Counted from the first letter of the stretch, positions 19,819-29,798 are shown. The stretch: 56,340 bases of DNA from an uncultured virus (IMG/VR IMGVR_UViG_3300020471_001437) (IMGVR_UViG_3300020471_001437); one strand, 5' to 3'. A program made the numbers and translations. The notes: a model not told the origin generated them from the letters alone.

Positions 19819-20577
19819 ATGTCGTTCCATGACGAAAGAATGCTCAAGATGATGGAGCAACTTCCGCAGAACAATGAAAGCGGTTACAATGCGGTTGTTC
19901 CAATAGTAGAATGGGAGTTTTCACAGACAGGTGACCCCATAAAAGACAGGAGAAGAAACATCAAAAATGCAATAAAAGCACTCAAACCTGTCAAGCGATG
20001 GTTTGCTGTGCCCGGTTTCGGCTTTTTACCGTTCATTGGAAGGGCTCAATGGAAGTATTCAGACGGCAACCGCTGTGTCATTGACGGCGTTGACTGCTCT
20101 ACTCTTGATTACGGTGAACTATGGGACGTTTATTTCCGTGACCCAAATACCAAGGTAGTCAGACCTTTCCGACCGTGGACCGGCGTTCTACCCGGGAAGG
20201 GTACACAATTGTCCGGTACATACTGCCCTCAACACATGCAACTCTACCATTTACTGATGCAGTGGATTGACCAAGAGGCCGCAGAGAATGACAAAGGCTT
20301 CTTCAAGCGTATGAAAAAGAAAGGCGTGTCATTCATTCCTGTCCGCCGCGAAGAGAAGCAACAGACTGACCCTCTAATGATGAAATGGGAACAAGCATTC
20401 ATCGAAGCACAAAAAGACGGATTACCGATACTTCATTACCGAAATCCAATAACAGGAGAGAACGATTTAACGATGATTGTATTCGACAACAGACTACTAA
20501 ATATTCAATCTGAAAGGGCGAATACGCTATCAGGTAAGACGTACGAAGATATGAAATCCGAAACGGAACTGCAATAA
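19819..20577 (+). CDS. Hypothetical protein, possible Zn site
   Basis: CVIDGVDC...YCPQH. Confidence 0.6.
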   Translation: MSFHDERMLKMMEQLPQNNESGYNAVVPIVEWEFSQTGDPIKDRRRNIKNAIKALKPVKRWFAVPGFGFLPFIGRAQWKYSDGNRCVIDGVDCSTLDYGELWDVYFRDPNTKVVRPFRPWTGVLPGKGTQLSGTYCPQHMQLYHLLMQWIDQEAAENDKGFFKRMKKKGVSFIPVRREEKQQTDPLMMKWEQAFIEAQKDGLPILHYRNPITGENDLTMIVFDNRLLNIQSERANTLSGKTYEDMKSETELQ

Positions 20578-20602
20578 GCATACAATACATGGGGTGTAAC
20601 AC

Positions 20603-21316
20603 ATGGGACTATGGGGAAACAACAATAGCAACGGAAATGGGCTCATGCCCGGAGGCTTAGGCGGGGGTCCGTCTAACGAACAGAAACAACTTTTTGGTCA
20701 AGCGGCACAAGATTCAGGTCTTGCCGCTATGGGTGTTGGGATGCTCGACCAAATGACCGGTGGAAACAAGATGAGCAACGAGAACCAAGTTCAGATGTTC
20801 TACAACTTGATGGCGACTCATCCAAACGAAGTTTCGTTGTTTTTCCTTCATTACCCGGAATTCATGAAGAACTTCTTCGAAGTATTTCGTCTCATCATTA
20901 AACAGGAACTATACTCTCTGTTTTCATCTGATGCTATTCCACAATTCAAGATTGACGCGGCAAAGGGAACTGAATTAGGCTACGCGACAATCACACAGGA
21001 GAACATTGACGCGGCAATCGCCAAGACGGTACCACTCCAACAGATGCAAATGGAAGTATCTCAAGCGGACATGCAGGCTATGAACCAAATCAATAGCGCA
21101 AACATGGGCATGGTTCAACAAGGAATGACCCAACAACAACAAATGTATCAACAACAGATGCACCAGCAACAAATGATGATGCAACAACCACAACGCCCGG
21201 GAATGGGAAGTACACTCGGTGGCTTCGGTGCTTCACTAATCCGTGGGACACTCGGGTTGCCGCAACCACAGCAACAGCCTATGATGGGCTACCCACAGAT
21301 GCCGCCACAAATGTGA
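20603..21316 (+). CDS. Gln/Met/Gly-rich low-complexity protein
   Basis: Q/M-rich C-terminus with GFGASLIRG motif. Confidence 0.6.
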   Translation: MGLWGNNNSNGNGLMPGGLGGGPSNEQKQLFGQAAQDSGLAAMGVGMLDQMTGGNKMSNENQVQMFYNLMATHPNEVSLFFLHYPEFMKNFFEVFRLIIKQELYSLFSSDAIPQFKIDAAKGTELGYATITQENIDAAIAKTVPLQQMQMEVSQADMQAMNQINSANMGMVQQGMTQQQQMYQQQMHQQQMMMQQPQRPGMGSTLGGFGASLIRGTLGLPQPQQQPMMGYPQMPPQM

Positions 21317-21325
21317 GGCGGTTAG

Positions 21326-23719
21326 ATGGTTAGATTTCCCGAGCAGGACCCGAAAGAGCCTCCAAACATCCCCGAAACCTCACTTCAACAGAAGTGGAGA
21401 GCAGAGCACACTCGAGGATTGACTGCGCGAAGAACATGGAAATCGACACAAATGGCTTTAGAAGCGACGTGTAGCAGGTTCAAAACATTCTTAATTCGTG
21501 AGTTCGGTAATGATTACGTTTCCACCCTTATGGAAGAATATGGTGATGTCGATATTTCTAAGGTGAACGACTCTCGCTATGTCTCTGCAATCAAAACCCT
21601 TCAGGGGCCAAATGGTATGCCGGAGATAATGCCACCCACCCCACCATCAGATGACGCGCTTGATAGTGAAGTTGAAGCATTCAACACCGCAATGAAAACA
21701 TACAACGACGAAGTAGAAGTCAGAAAAACGTATCTTGGTATGCCTGTACCCGACGCGCAGACTGCTACAAGGATTCTGATTCTTATCCGCAGTTTGAGAG
21801 AATATAAGGACATAGCAGAAAAGGCCAACGATGACGCCATGTCATACGCCACACAGTCAATTATGAACGGAGAAGTACCTCCGGCCCCAATGTTGAGGGC
21901 GATTTCAAAGAACGCTCGAATATGGAAAAGTGGAGAAGGAATAGTAGATAGGAAGATTGATTGGAACAAGTATGGTATTTCTAACGACGACCCACGTCAG
22001 TGGAAACCAACAAACGCCGCATTCCAGCCGATTTATACCATGTGGTACGAACCTGAATTGAGAGCAACCATCAGCCTCGAATACGCGGCTTGGGTCAAAA
22101 ACAGAGACGCGGTCAAAGCAGGACAGGCACCTATCGGACCATACCAATCTTGGAGGTCAGTTTTCCTTCTTTTCTGTGAACGTGTATATGGCTTGAAGTA
22201 CGATAGTTTGGGGCTTTACGTATCGCCTTCTCCCAACTCCAAAGTGTACATAGGTCAAATGTTGCTGTTTGCCGCTAAATCGTACAGTAGAAACGCAGAC
22301 CCCCTGCACTATTGGTCAACTCAAAGCAAATACCGCCTAAACGCAACTGATTACGGTGCTAAGGGTGTAGTAGTGGAGTTGTGTTTAGTAGAGGCGAAAA
22401 TAGGTGCCCCTACCGGTGCATCAATGGTTGTAGCAACATACCCACCGGGAACAACAAGAGGACAAGCAATAGCAAACACCCGACCATACTATCCTCACGT
22501 AATGGACGTAGAAACAGGTAACAATCCTCAACTTGACGCTTTGGTGGCAACGGCCACTACACCAACTCACATCAAAAACGCTTCAGTAGAGTTCATGAAG
22601 CAACCTCAATCCTCAAGAGACGGTTACCGCTATGTAGCAGTGACCCGAACTGTTCTCGCATTCCCGGGTAGTGTATTGTATGAAAAAGCAAAAATTAGTG
22701 GACCAACAAGCGTGTCACAATTCGCATTGGCTTTCCGCAAAGATTCACAATTGAGAGGGAGACCTGACTTCATGCAATTCTTACTTGGTTGGGGTAAAAG
22801 TACGGCCGGGTTTGGTTCAGTAGACGGTCCTTGGAAATGGTCAAATTACATCAAAAATGACACAATGAAACAAATGGTGTTGGGAGTTCCCAATAAACAC
22901 CCTGACGCTCGTATGATTACAACGCTTGACATCGTACTTGTACCGTCTCATTTCGAAGACGGCATAATGGCGATAGAGCAAGAGATGAAACAGAGTGCAG
23001 AAGCAGTCGAAAGGGGAGACGGGAAAGGTAACGTAGACATCAAAAATTGGAACGTTACAAGTGGGGCCTTCGTTGCCCTTACATCAGGCCATTGGGCCGC
23101 AGAAAAGAATTGGCTAAGGACAAGCACATCTTTGCATGGCGGTTACCACACTAACGAAATGTTTGGGGCAATGGGAATACCGCTTCGTGTGTCTTTGGGG
23201 CCAATTACGGCCAAACTTAGGGACTACAACCTCTACGACCTATCGGGTCTGAAAACAGTGTATAGTGGGGCCGTTAATGACAAGGATGACGTTGTACGGA
23301 TAGTTACCAACTTCCAAGAGTCTTTCCCGGGTGTTTCAGAACTTGTTATGCCCGATACACAAAACATATCGGATATGGCTCCTGCTTCAAGACCTTTCCA
23401 CGCTAACGTAACTTCACTTTCAGTAGCACCATGTGTTAACATTCCAAGTGTAGCGCAAGGTGAGCATGGTTCTTACATCGTTAGGCGCATACCAATAAGA
23501 ACAAGCGGGATTAGTGGTAAGCAGTATACCTTCGGCGGTTTCACGCTAAATACTGCCATGCTTGAGTTTAGTACCAATGATTTTGCGATGGAAATGCCAC
23601 AGACTTCGTTTGGAGGCGCATCTTTACCATTAGTAGTAGGAGGCCTTGCTGTGGCCGGTTTACTCACGTATGCGGGGTATGGAGGAATAACCTCAAGAAA
23701 CGACAGCACTAAGTCATAA
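21326..23719 (+). CDS. Large protein with C-terminal membrane anchor
   Basis: 797 aa; LPLVVGGLAVAGLLTYAGY near the C-terminus. Confidence 0.65.
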   Translation: MVRFPEQDPKEPPNIPETSLQQKWRAEHTRGLTARRTWKSTQMALEATCSRFKTFLIREFGNDYVSTLMEEYGDVDISKVNDSRYVSAIKTLQGPNGMPEIMPPTPPSDDALDSEVEAFNTAMKTYNDEVEVRKTYLGMPVPDAQTATRILILIRSLREYKDIAEKANDDAMSYATQSIMNGEVPPAPMLRAISKNARIWKSGEGIVDRKIDWNKYGISNDDPRQWKPTNAAFQPIYTMWYEPELRATISLEYAAWVKNRDAVKAGQAPIGPYQSWRSVFLLFCERVYGLKYDSLGLYVSPSPNSKVYIGQMLLFAAKSYSRNADPLHYWSTQSKYRLNATDYGAKGVVVELCLVEAKIGAPTGASMVVATYPPGTTRGQAIANTRPYYPHVMDVETGNNPQLDALVATATTPTHIKNASVEFMKQPQSSRDGYRYVAVTRTVLAFPGSVLYEKAKISGPTSVSQFALAFRKDSQLRGRPDFMQFLLGWGKSTAGFGSVDGPWKWSNYIKNDTMKQMVLGVPNKHPDARMITTLDIVLVPSHFEDGIMAIEQEMKQSAEAVERGDGKGNVDIKNWNVTSGAFVALTSGHWAAEKNWLRTSTSLHGGYHTNEMFGAMGIPLRVSLGPITAKLRDYNLYDLSGLKTVYSGAVNDKDDVVRIVTNFQESFPGVSELVMPDTQNISDMAPASRPFHANVTSLSVAPCVNIPSVAQGEHGSYIVRRIPIRTSGISGKQYTFGGFTLNTAMLEFSTNDFAMEMPQTSFGGASLPLVVGGLAVAGLLTYAGYGGITSRNDSTKS

Positions 23720-23738
23720 AACGTATTCGGGTGACACA

Positions 23739-24203
23739 ATGGACCTTGCTTCGCAGACACAACGGAACCTTACGAAGCGCAATTTCGCTTCATCAATGAA
23801 CGGTTCACAACCCCCGTATCACCCGTCTCTCGGACAGGCATTTTCAAACACCCCAAACAAGTTCCCGTCTTTCGGGATGGTAGTTGCAGGCGACCACGCA
23901 CGCATTTCTGCTGAAACCGGTACGAAAGAACCCGTAGTAGACACAGGGCTGGAATACGAATCGCTTTCAGGACCATCTCAACACGTATTGCGTGCATATC
24001 ACGTAGACGGTCTTTCCAATGGAGGCTACAACCTTGCATTCATCGCTGGTGCGGCTCTAATCTTTGCAGGTCTTGATTTCCCATTCTTCGACACCATTGT
24101 TGACAAAATCAAAGGTGTTATTGAACGGCCAAAGCCGTTCGCACAAGCACTCGCACTTGGAGGCGGAACCTTCCTTGTAGCGACATCAATGGGAAGTGAT
24201 TGA
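23739..24203 (+). CDS. Membrane protein
   Basis: Two hydrophobic C-terminal segments. Confidence 0.6.
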   Translation: MDLASQTQRNLTKRNFASSMNGSQPPYHPSLGQAFSNTPNKFPSFGMVVAGDHARISAETGTKEPVVDTGLEYESLSGPSQHVLRAYHVDGLSNGGYNLAFIAGAALIFAGLDFPFFDTIVDKIKGVIERPKPFAQALALGGGTFLVATSMGSD

Positions 24204-24635
24204 ATGGCATATAGAGTACCACAACAATTTGGAAAAGCCCCTCTACCGCCCGGTTTGGGTGAAATTAGACAAGGGGAAACAGTTGACCACCCAATAGACG
24301 CCGAGGTAATGGCAGAAATGCAAGAAGCATTACCGGGCGAATTCGGTTCCTCACCGATTCCTCGCGCACGTGGTTCACCCCATGTACCCAATCCGAAACC
24401 ACTTGGTGCCGCAAAGATTCAGAAATACAAGCAATTAGGTGCCGCTGGTGGTGCTAAAGTGTCCAATTTCTTCCAACACCCATTCACACACTTGGGAGTG
24501 GGTGCATTCGCAGGTTTGGTACTCGCTGACATGTTACCTGACCGCCATGTAATGGGTCGCCTAAAGCACCCTACCTCTACTCTACTATTGACAAGCCTTG
24601 GAACATTGGGTGTCCTATCTGTGGTGCATAGGTGA
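24204..24635 (+). CDS. Membrane protein, Pro/Gly-rich N-terminus
   Basis: Two C-terminal hydrophobic segments. Confidence 0.6.
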   Translation: MAYRVPQQFGKAPLPPGLGEIRQGETVDHPIDAEVMAEMQEALPGEFGSSPIPRARGSPHVPNPKPLGAAKIQKYKQLGAAGGAKVSNFFQHPFTHLGVGAFAGLVLADMLPDRHVMGRLKHPTSTLLLTSLGTLGVLSVVHR

Positions 24636-25477
24636 TTGTAATGTGGGCAAATCGTAATCCGGCTTCACACGACCTTGGGCGTATCATGCGTTCAAGAGTA
24701 AGCAAGACCATTGCAAGAAACCATGTTGCCGCCCTACGTGGCTCATCATACTACGCGTACGACCAAGACCCGCTACAAAACCAAGTCAAGGCAACAGCGG
24801 GCCTCATGGACCGTCTTACCGGCCCTGACATTGGAGAATGGAAGAAGGGTGGTATGTTTGGTAGCGCACCTGACGAGCACAGTGAGTTCTACCAGCAGAG
24901 AGAGAAAACGATTGCCGACCTAAAGGAAGACCAAACCCACTCGATTCAACACATTAACACTCTCATCAACATACGCTCGGAATTGATGTCAAAGTATCAC
25001 GATGCAATGCACAAGGCGATACGCGCACGTAAAGCAAGAGACGAGGCAGACAGTAATACACACAGAGAACTTGGTAAATTCTTGTCTTATGTGCAGTCAA
25101 ACATTGGCAACAAAGATGTGATTCAAAACATGACAGGAGAGTCGTACGCTGAAATCAAACGCAAGTATGACACTACACAACTAATCATCAACAACGAACA
25201 GAAGATTATCGAGGAAAACGAAGAATTGATGACCGAATTAGAAGATGAAATCACCAAACAGGATGAAGGGATTAGGGATGCGGCAGACATAGCCGGCATT
25301 GACTTACCCGATACTCTTGACAAATTCCAAGCGTCTATCGCAAGCGACGTCCCACCATTCCTTCTTGGGGGCGTAGTAGCGATTGGTCTTTCAATACTGT
25401 TGGCTGGAAGGCGGGGAAGGACTCCGCCAGCACGCGGTAAGAGAGGCTCTGCGTATGATGTTTTCACAGGTAGATGA
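24632..25477 (+). CDS. Coiled-coil protein with C-terminal TM anchor
   Basis: Heptad-rich middle; FLLGGVVAIGLSILLAG followed by a basic tail. Confidence 0.6.
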   Translation: MIVMWANRNPASHDLGRIMRSRVSKTIARNHVAALRGSSYYAYDQDPLQNQVKATAGLMDRLTGPDIGEWKKGGMFGSAPDEHSEFYQQREKTIADLKEDQTHSIQHINTLINIRSELMSKYHDAMHKAIRARKARDEADSNTHRELGKFLSYVQSNIGNKDVIQNMTGESYAEIKRKYDTTQLIINNEQKIIEENEELMTELEDEITKQDEGIRDAADIAGIDLPDTLDKFQASIASDVPPFLLGGVVAIGLSILLAGRRGRTPPARGKRGSAYDVFTGR

Positions 25478-25505
25478 TAGACAACAACCGAATTATCTAT
25501 AACTG

Positions 25506-26027
25506 ATGTGTTGCTCCCTTCGACGTATGGGACTAACAGATGTTTCAAAATTAGCAGAGCAACTTTTCGTAAAGTTTGAGCAGTACCTCGTTGAGAAGTA
25601 CGGCTTAATCGACATTCACGGCCGCGGGGCCAAACCTTCGTTCATTCGGGGTTCCGACTATGTCGATTCGAATGAAAGTGAAACGGATTCAAATCCGGAT
25701 ACCGGGGATTCTAACCCGGTAAAAACTGAAACAGACCAAGGACAGGTGGCGAAAGACGCCTCATACATGTATGAGAAAAAAGAACAGGAAAACAGGCCCC
25801 CTGTAAAAGAACCTGAAAGTGTACTCAAGGAATCCAAATTGGAGACAAAGGCACTTGATACGGAGTGCCCTATTGGCGAGCACCGCGGCTCTACATTCCG
25901 CGATGTTTGGCACTTGTCCAAAAAGGGCGAGCAAACAATCAGAGTGCTTGCTAAATCTCAACATGAGGTATCGAAGATGGCCGCAGTTGTTGTCGGCTTT
26001 TACGACCAAGGGGATGGTGAGGAATGA
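25506..26027 (+). CDS. Hypothetical protein
   Basis: 173-aa ORF; the likely start is the downstream MGLTD. Confidence 0.5.
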   Translation: MCCSLRRMGLTDVSKLAEQLFVKFEQYLVEKYGLIDIHGRGAKPSFIRGSDYVDSNESETDSNPDTGDSNPVKTETDQGQVAKDASYMYEKKEQENRPPVKEPESVLKESKLETKALDTECPIGEHRGSTFRDVWHLSKKGEQTIRVLAKSQHEVSKMAAVVVGFYDQGDGEE

Positions 26028-26209
26028 TGTGGGCTGAACTTATCATCGCAGTGATTTTCTTCATGGCGTTGTATTGGTTTGTTTCGTACGAACCGATTTC
26101 TAAACACATTCCCATTGTACCCGAGCCGTGGGAAACGGAATCATCATACAACAAGGTTTCAGTGGACTTAGATGCTTGGCAAAAACACGCCTTCGGAGAG
26201 GAAGAGTAA
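26024..26209 (+). CDS. Small membrane protein
   Basis: N-terminal TM segment; coupled. Confidence 0.5.
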   Translation: MMWAELIIAVIFFMALYWFVSYEPISKHIPIVPEPWETESSYNKVSVDLDAWQKHAFGEEE

Positions 26210-26321
26210 TGTGGGATGAATTTGGGAGAACTTGTCAAAAGCGCGGGTGCAGACACCCCGTAAGACGTGGATTCCGGTTTTGTTACCGAAAAGACTGCGG
26301 GCCTGAACAGGAGGAAGAGTA

Positions 26322-26711
26322 ATGGGACTATTCGGACAACCAACAACACCGCCACTACCAGCGCAGGATAACCAAACGATGCTTTCAATGATGCTCCTTA
26401 TGCAACAACAACAGATGATGGCGTCGGCACAAAACCCACAATATCAACAACAATTACAACAACAACACCAACAGTACCAACAGTACCAACAACAACAGTA
26501 CCAACAACAGTACCAACAACAGTACCAACAACAGATGATGCAACAACGGATGATGGTACAAAACCCGCAATTACCACACGAAGGATTCGGTCATATCCCA
26601 CAATCCATGCCACAGGGGTTCGGTGCCTCACTAATCCGTGGCGTTCTTGGTATACCACCGGGATTTACATCGTTAAAACATGAAAACGGAATACCGTTTG
26701 ATGAGGCATGA
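26322..26711 (+). CDS. Gln-rich protein, short paralog of 20603-21316
   Basis: MGLFG start, QQYQ repeats, GFGASLIRGVLG. Confidence 0.55.
   Translation: MGLFGQPTTPPLPAQDNQTMLSMMLLMQQQQMMASAQNPQYQQQLQQQHQQYQQYQQQQYQQQYQQQYQQQMMQQRMMVQNPQLPHEGFGHIPQSMPQGFGASLIRGVLGIPPGFTSLKHENGIPFDEA
26446..26535 (+). repeat. Coding tandem repeat (CAA)n-CAGTAC encoding QQYQ
   Basis: Repeated caacagtaccaa units. Confidence 0.8.
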
Positions 26712-26977
26712 CTATGAAAGACGGTGAACTACAACTCCTGTGTGTGCTATTGGTCACACAAGTGTACAATGATATACGCGCGATTGTGCGGGAAGAATTG
26801 GCCCGTGTGGGTCTAAAGGAGGAAGAACCGAATGAGTGAAGAAGTTGTTGTTTCGACTTCTTTGACACTATTCGAAACAATCTTTCTCGGTTGTATAGGG
26901 TTAGTGGGTTTCGTTTTAGTGCTTAGTTTATTTTGGTATTGGCTATCGGAATGGAGTCAGATAAGGAGAGAGAAAGT

Positions 26978-27109
26978 ATGAGTAATGTACACAGTTCACA
27001 CGGCACGATTCCGTGCCCAAAATGTGAGAAAGAAGCCTGTCTATACCACATGACCTGTCACTTTTGTGGCTATCAAGTGCGTATAGCAGATAGGGAGGCT
27101 TCACAATGA
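26978..27109 (+). CDS. Small Zn-ribbon protein (43 aa)
   Basis: CPKC...CHFC; ATGA overlap with the next gene. Confidence 0.55.
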   Translation: MSNVHSSHGTIPCPKCEKEACLYHMTCHFCGYQVRIADREASQ

Positions 27110-27249
27110 GTACCGCATTCGCATGTCCTAACTGCGGTAAGCGTGAGTTTAGAATGGCAGTGTATAGGAAGACCTCTTCCCCATATTCTAAGGCAAGGAA
27201 TTCTGCCCTTTTCGAATGTTCAGCATGTGAATACAAGGAGAGGATTTAG
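27106..27249 (+). CDS. Small Zn-ribbon protein (47 aa), TFS/Elf1-like spacing
   Basis: FACPNCGKREFRMAVYRK...SALFECSACEYKERI; GGAGG RBS. Confidence 0.55.
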   Translation: MSTAFACPNCGKREFRMAVYRKTSSPYSKARNSALFECSACEYKERI

Positions 27250-27250
27250 T

Positions 27251-27424
27251 ATGGGTAGCCTTCTCGTAACCGACATGCGACGGGTTGACGTTCGGTGCTT
27301 GTGCGGGTTGTGGGGTAGATTGCTCTACACCGGAGACACAAGAGACGGTAAAGACGTCTGCCGATTCAAGTGCGGTTGCGAAGACCCCAAACCCAATTTG
27401 GAGAACCCGTATGCGGGTCTTTGA
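27251..27424 (+). CDS. Small Cys-rich protein
   Basis: CLCG...CRFKCGC; RBS upstream. Confidence 0.45.
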   Translation: MGSLLVTDMRRVDVRCLCGLWGRLLYTGDTRDGKDVCRFKCGCEDPKPNLENPYAGL

Positions 27425-27652
27425 GAAGATTTGGTGTAGTTTTCCTCGGAATGGTTATAGGCTATGGGATAGTGGACTATACTGAAGGAGATATACCTAT
27501 GCAAACCCCGCTGTACATAGCAATAACGATAGAAGAAAGTGAACTGAAACCCGAGGTACTTTGGGTTTCGAACGACAAGCCTGCGATGAAAGGATTCGTG
27601 CAGGCACTAATGAAGCAGAACCCCGCCCTAAACTTGTCAGTGGTGACATACC

Positions 27653-28555
27653 ATGTCGAGTAGTTCATGGAACCTTGGGCACGTTTCATACTCGATGTTG
27701 AGCACGTGGTTGACGTGCAGAGAGAAGATGTTACTGAAGTACGTCTTACGCAACAAAGAGCCTGACGGCATTTACTTCCCACAGGGTAATTCGATTCACG
27801 CCGCGCTTTACGATTTCCATCAAACACCTGATATTGACGAAGAACTGCTCGTTGAAATGTGTCAGGCGTATTGGGACAAGGAAGTCGAAGGCAAGGAGTT
27901 CTACGACTTCAAAGGTAACCGTCTTAATGCTGACCAAATAGAAGAAGCCCGTGTGGACACACTACGATGGTTGGCTGGTTACGTAGCCAAAGTCAAGTCA
28001 GGAGAGGTACCATTCATCGAGTTTGCTACCCCACCCGAACAGGATGTTTCTGCACCCGTTGAAGGAACAGTATTCACTGCGCGTGGCTACATTGATTTCT
28101 TCCCTTCCAAGGTCACCGCAATGGACACAGGCGAAGTACTGATGGACTGCAAGGACGACTACATACACATTGGTGATTTCAAGACAGGTTCTAAGAAATT
28201 CAACGCTTGGAACCAAGCAAAGGCTGACATCGACTTACAACCGACAGTGTACGGCTACATTATGGGTAAGAAGCCCGTAGCATTCCACTATGTGGTCATT
28301 GAAAAGACGGCTTCCCATGAGAAACCGTCAATCAAGCACATCATCACATACCGAGGCAAAGAAGACTACGAAAAATTCGAACGCCTTGTTCTCGACTTCC
28401 AAGAGAGCACAGACCGAGCCAATGGTTACGAAAATGGCAAGTTCTACCCTGAACCCGTCATGGGATTCGGGAGGTTCTGTTCTAAATTGTGCTCTTTCAA
28501 AGACATGTGCTGGAAGAAAAACTTTGAGCGTGCAGGCGCGCAGGGCGGTGAATGA
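27653..28555 (+). CDS. Cas4-like / RecB-family PD-(D/E)XK exonuclease
   Basis: SYSML...C, GNSIH, GYID, DFKTG, QxxxY and C-terminal CxxxCxFxxxC (Fe-S ligands). Confidence 0.85.
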   Translation: MSSSSWNLGHVSYSMLSTWLTCREKMLLKYVLRNKEPDGIYFPQGNSIHAALYDFHQTPDIDEELLVEMCQAYWDKEVEGKEFYDFKGNRLNADQIEEARVDTLRWLAGYVAKVKSGEVPFIEFATPPEQDVSAPVEGTVFTARGYIDFFPSKVTAMDTGEVLMDCKDDYIHIGDFKTGSKKFNAWNQAKADIDLQPTVYGYIMGKKPVAFHYVVIEKTASHEKPSIKHIITYRGKEDYEKFERLVLDFQESTDRANGYENGKFYPEPVMGFGRFCSKLCSFKDMCWKKNFERAGAQGGE

Positions 28556-28776
28556 TAGTGGACTATGGCCTCACAATGCAGATAATGGCAGTTATACTGC
28601 TGTTGTATCTTGTATGGGGCCAACTCAAACTATTTGACATGCTAAACGGGATTGGTACTATGTCTGCTCACGTCTTACTTCAGGTCGTACCGGATGAAGA
28701 CGGTAAAGATTTGAGCGAACTTACGGATAGGGTAGTAGAAAACGAATGGAGGAATTGGGATGGTAAACAAGGCTGA
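28552..28776 (+). CDS. Small membrane protein
   Basis: N-terminal TM segment; ATGA overlap. Confidence 0.5.
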   Translation: MIVDYGLTMQIMAVILLLYLVWGQLKLFDMLNGIGTMSAHVLLQVVPDEDGKDLSELTDRVVENEWRNWDGKQG

Positions 28777-28911
28777 TGCTGTTGGATGGAGAAGCAACTT
28801 CTACTGCCACAAGTGCCACATTGTTGATGAAGCATTTGAGGAAATCTATGGTCAACTGTCCTTTACTCACATTTCGTGTTGTAACACTGTGTTGATTGAG
28901 GTGGTGGAACG

Positions 28912-29151
28912 GTGATTTGGGACCCTGTGTTTGGATGGGATTACGATAGAATTCGTATGATTCTATACCTGCTTTCATTCACGTTCTTGTTTTCAGGATT
29001 CATTGCTTCCACTGAAGGATATGGGTTCTTTTACCCCGTCTTAACGCTTGCTTCATACATTCAAACGCACGATACTATCTTCCTTGGTGGAACGATTATT
29101 TTCAGTATGGCCGCCTTTGCTTGGTGGCGTAAAATAAACGGGTGGGTCTAA
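28912..29151 (+). CDS. Small membrane protein
   Basis: Highly hydrophobic, GTG start, GAGGTGG RBS. Confidence 0.5.
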   Translation: MIWDPVFGWDYDRIRMILYLLSFTFLFSGFIASTEGYGFFYPVLTLASYIQTHDTIFLGGTIIFSMAAFAWWRKINGWV

Positions 29152-29798
29152 TGGTTGCTGTGATGTACATATACCGTGAGACACCAAAACTCACACTAAA
29201 CTTGTATGAGCCTATTGTTGACCTTGCGGCTCACCGACATTCATTGAAGATTCAAAGCATCTACGCAGATGGTTTTGAAGAGATGGAAGTACCTAATGGT
29301 GGGTGGGAAAACTTGCTCAAGGACATCCCGAAGCGAGGCATCAAACACATAGTAATGCCCAATCTATCGAAATGGGATGACAACCCCGATGCGTTTACCG
29401 AGTCAATGAAAATCTTACTCAAACAAGGTGTTTCTGTTGTTGTCGGACAGGCTACTTTCATCAATAATGGGCTGATTAACGACAAAGGTTCGCTTGCACA
29501 AGCAATCGTCCTGATACAATCTAAGCGTTACTACAAGGAAGTCAAAGGGCTTCGTGTACGCGCGGGTCAAAAGGCGACTGACAAGAATATCGGTAACACC
29601 CCCTACGGCATGAAAAACGAGAGCGGTAAGTTGTTCATTGATGAAGTAGAAATGGACAATGTCCGACACATCATGAAGGCGCACATTGCAGGTGTATCAA
29701 AAGGCGGTATTGCCGAGGCAATGGGCCCTGAATTCAACTACGATAAGGTATATCACATCATCGAGTATTGGGAAAAGCGGTTAGGTGAGGTCCTATGA
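29151..29798 (+). CDS. Degenerate serine-recombinase-like protein
   Basis: Resolvase-like layout ending in NIGNTPYGMK plus a helical DNA-binding tail; the catalytic YxRxS appears replaced by YIYRET. Confidence 0.55.
   Translation: MVAVMYIYRETPKLTLNLYEPIVDLAAHRHSLKIQSIYADGFEEMEVPNGGWENLLKDIPKRGIKHIVMPNLSKWDDNPDAFTESMKILLKQGVSVVVGQATFINNGLINDKGSLAQAIVLIQSKRYYKEVKGLRVRAGQKATDKNIGNTPYGMKNESGKLFIDEVEMDNVRHIMKAHIAGVSKGGIAEAMGPEFNYDKVYHIIEYWEKRLGEVL

Noticed and set aside
26398..26658. VVGT-repeat ORF on the - strand
   Set aside because: It is the shadow of the QQYQ repeat gene.
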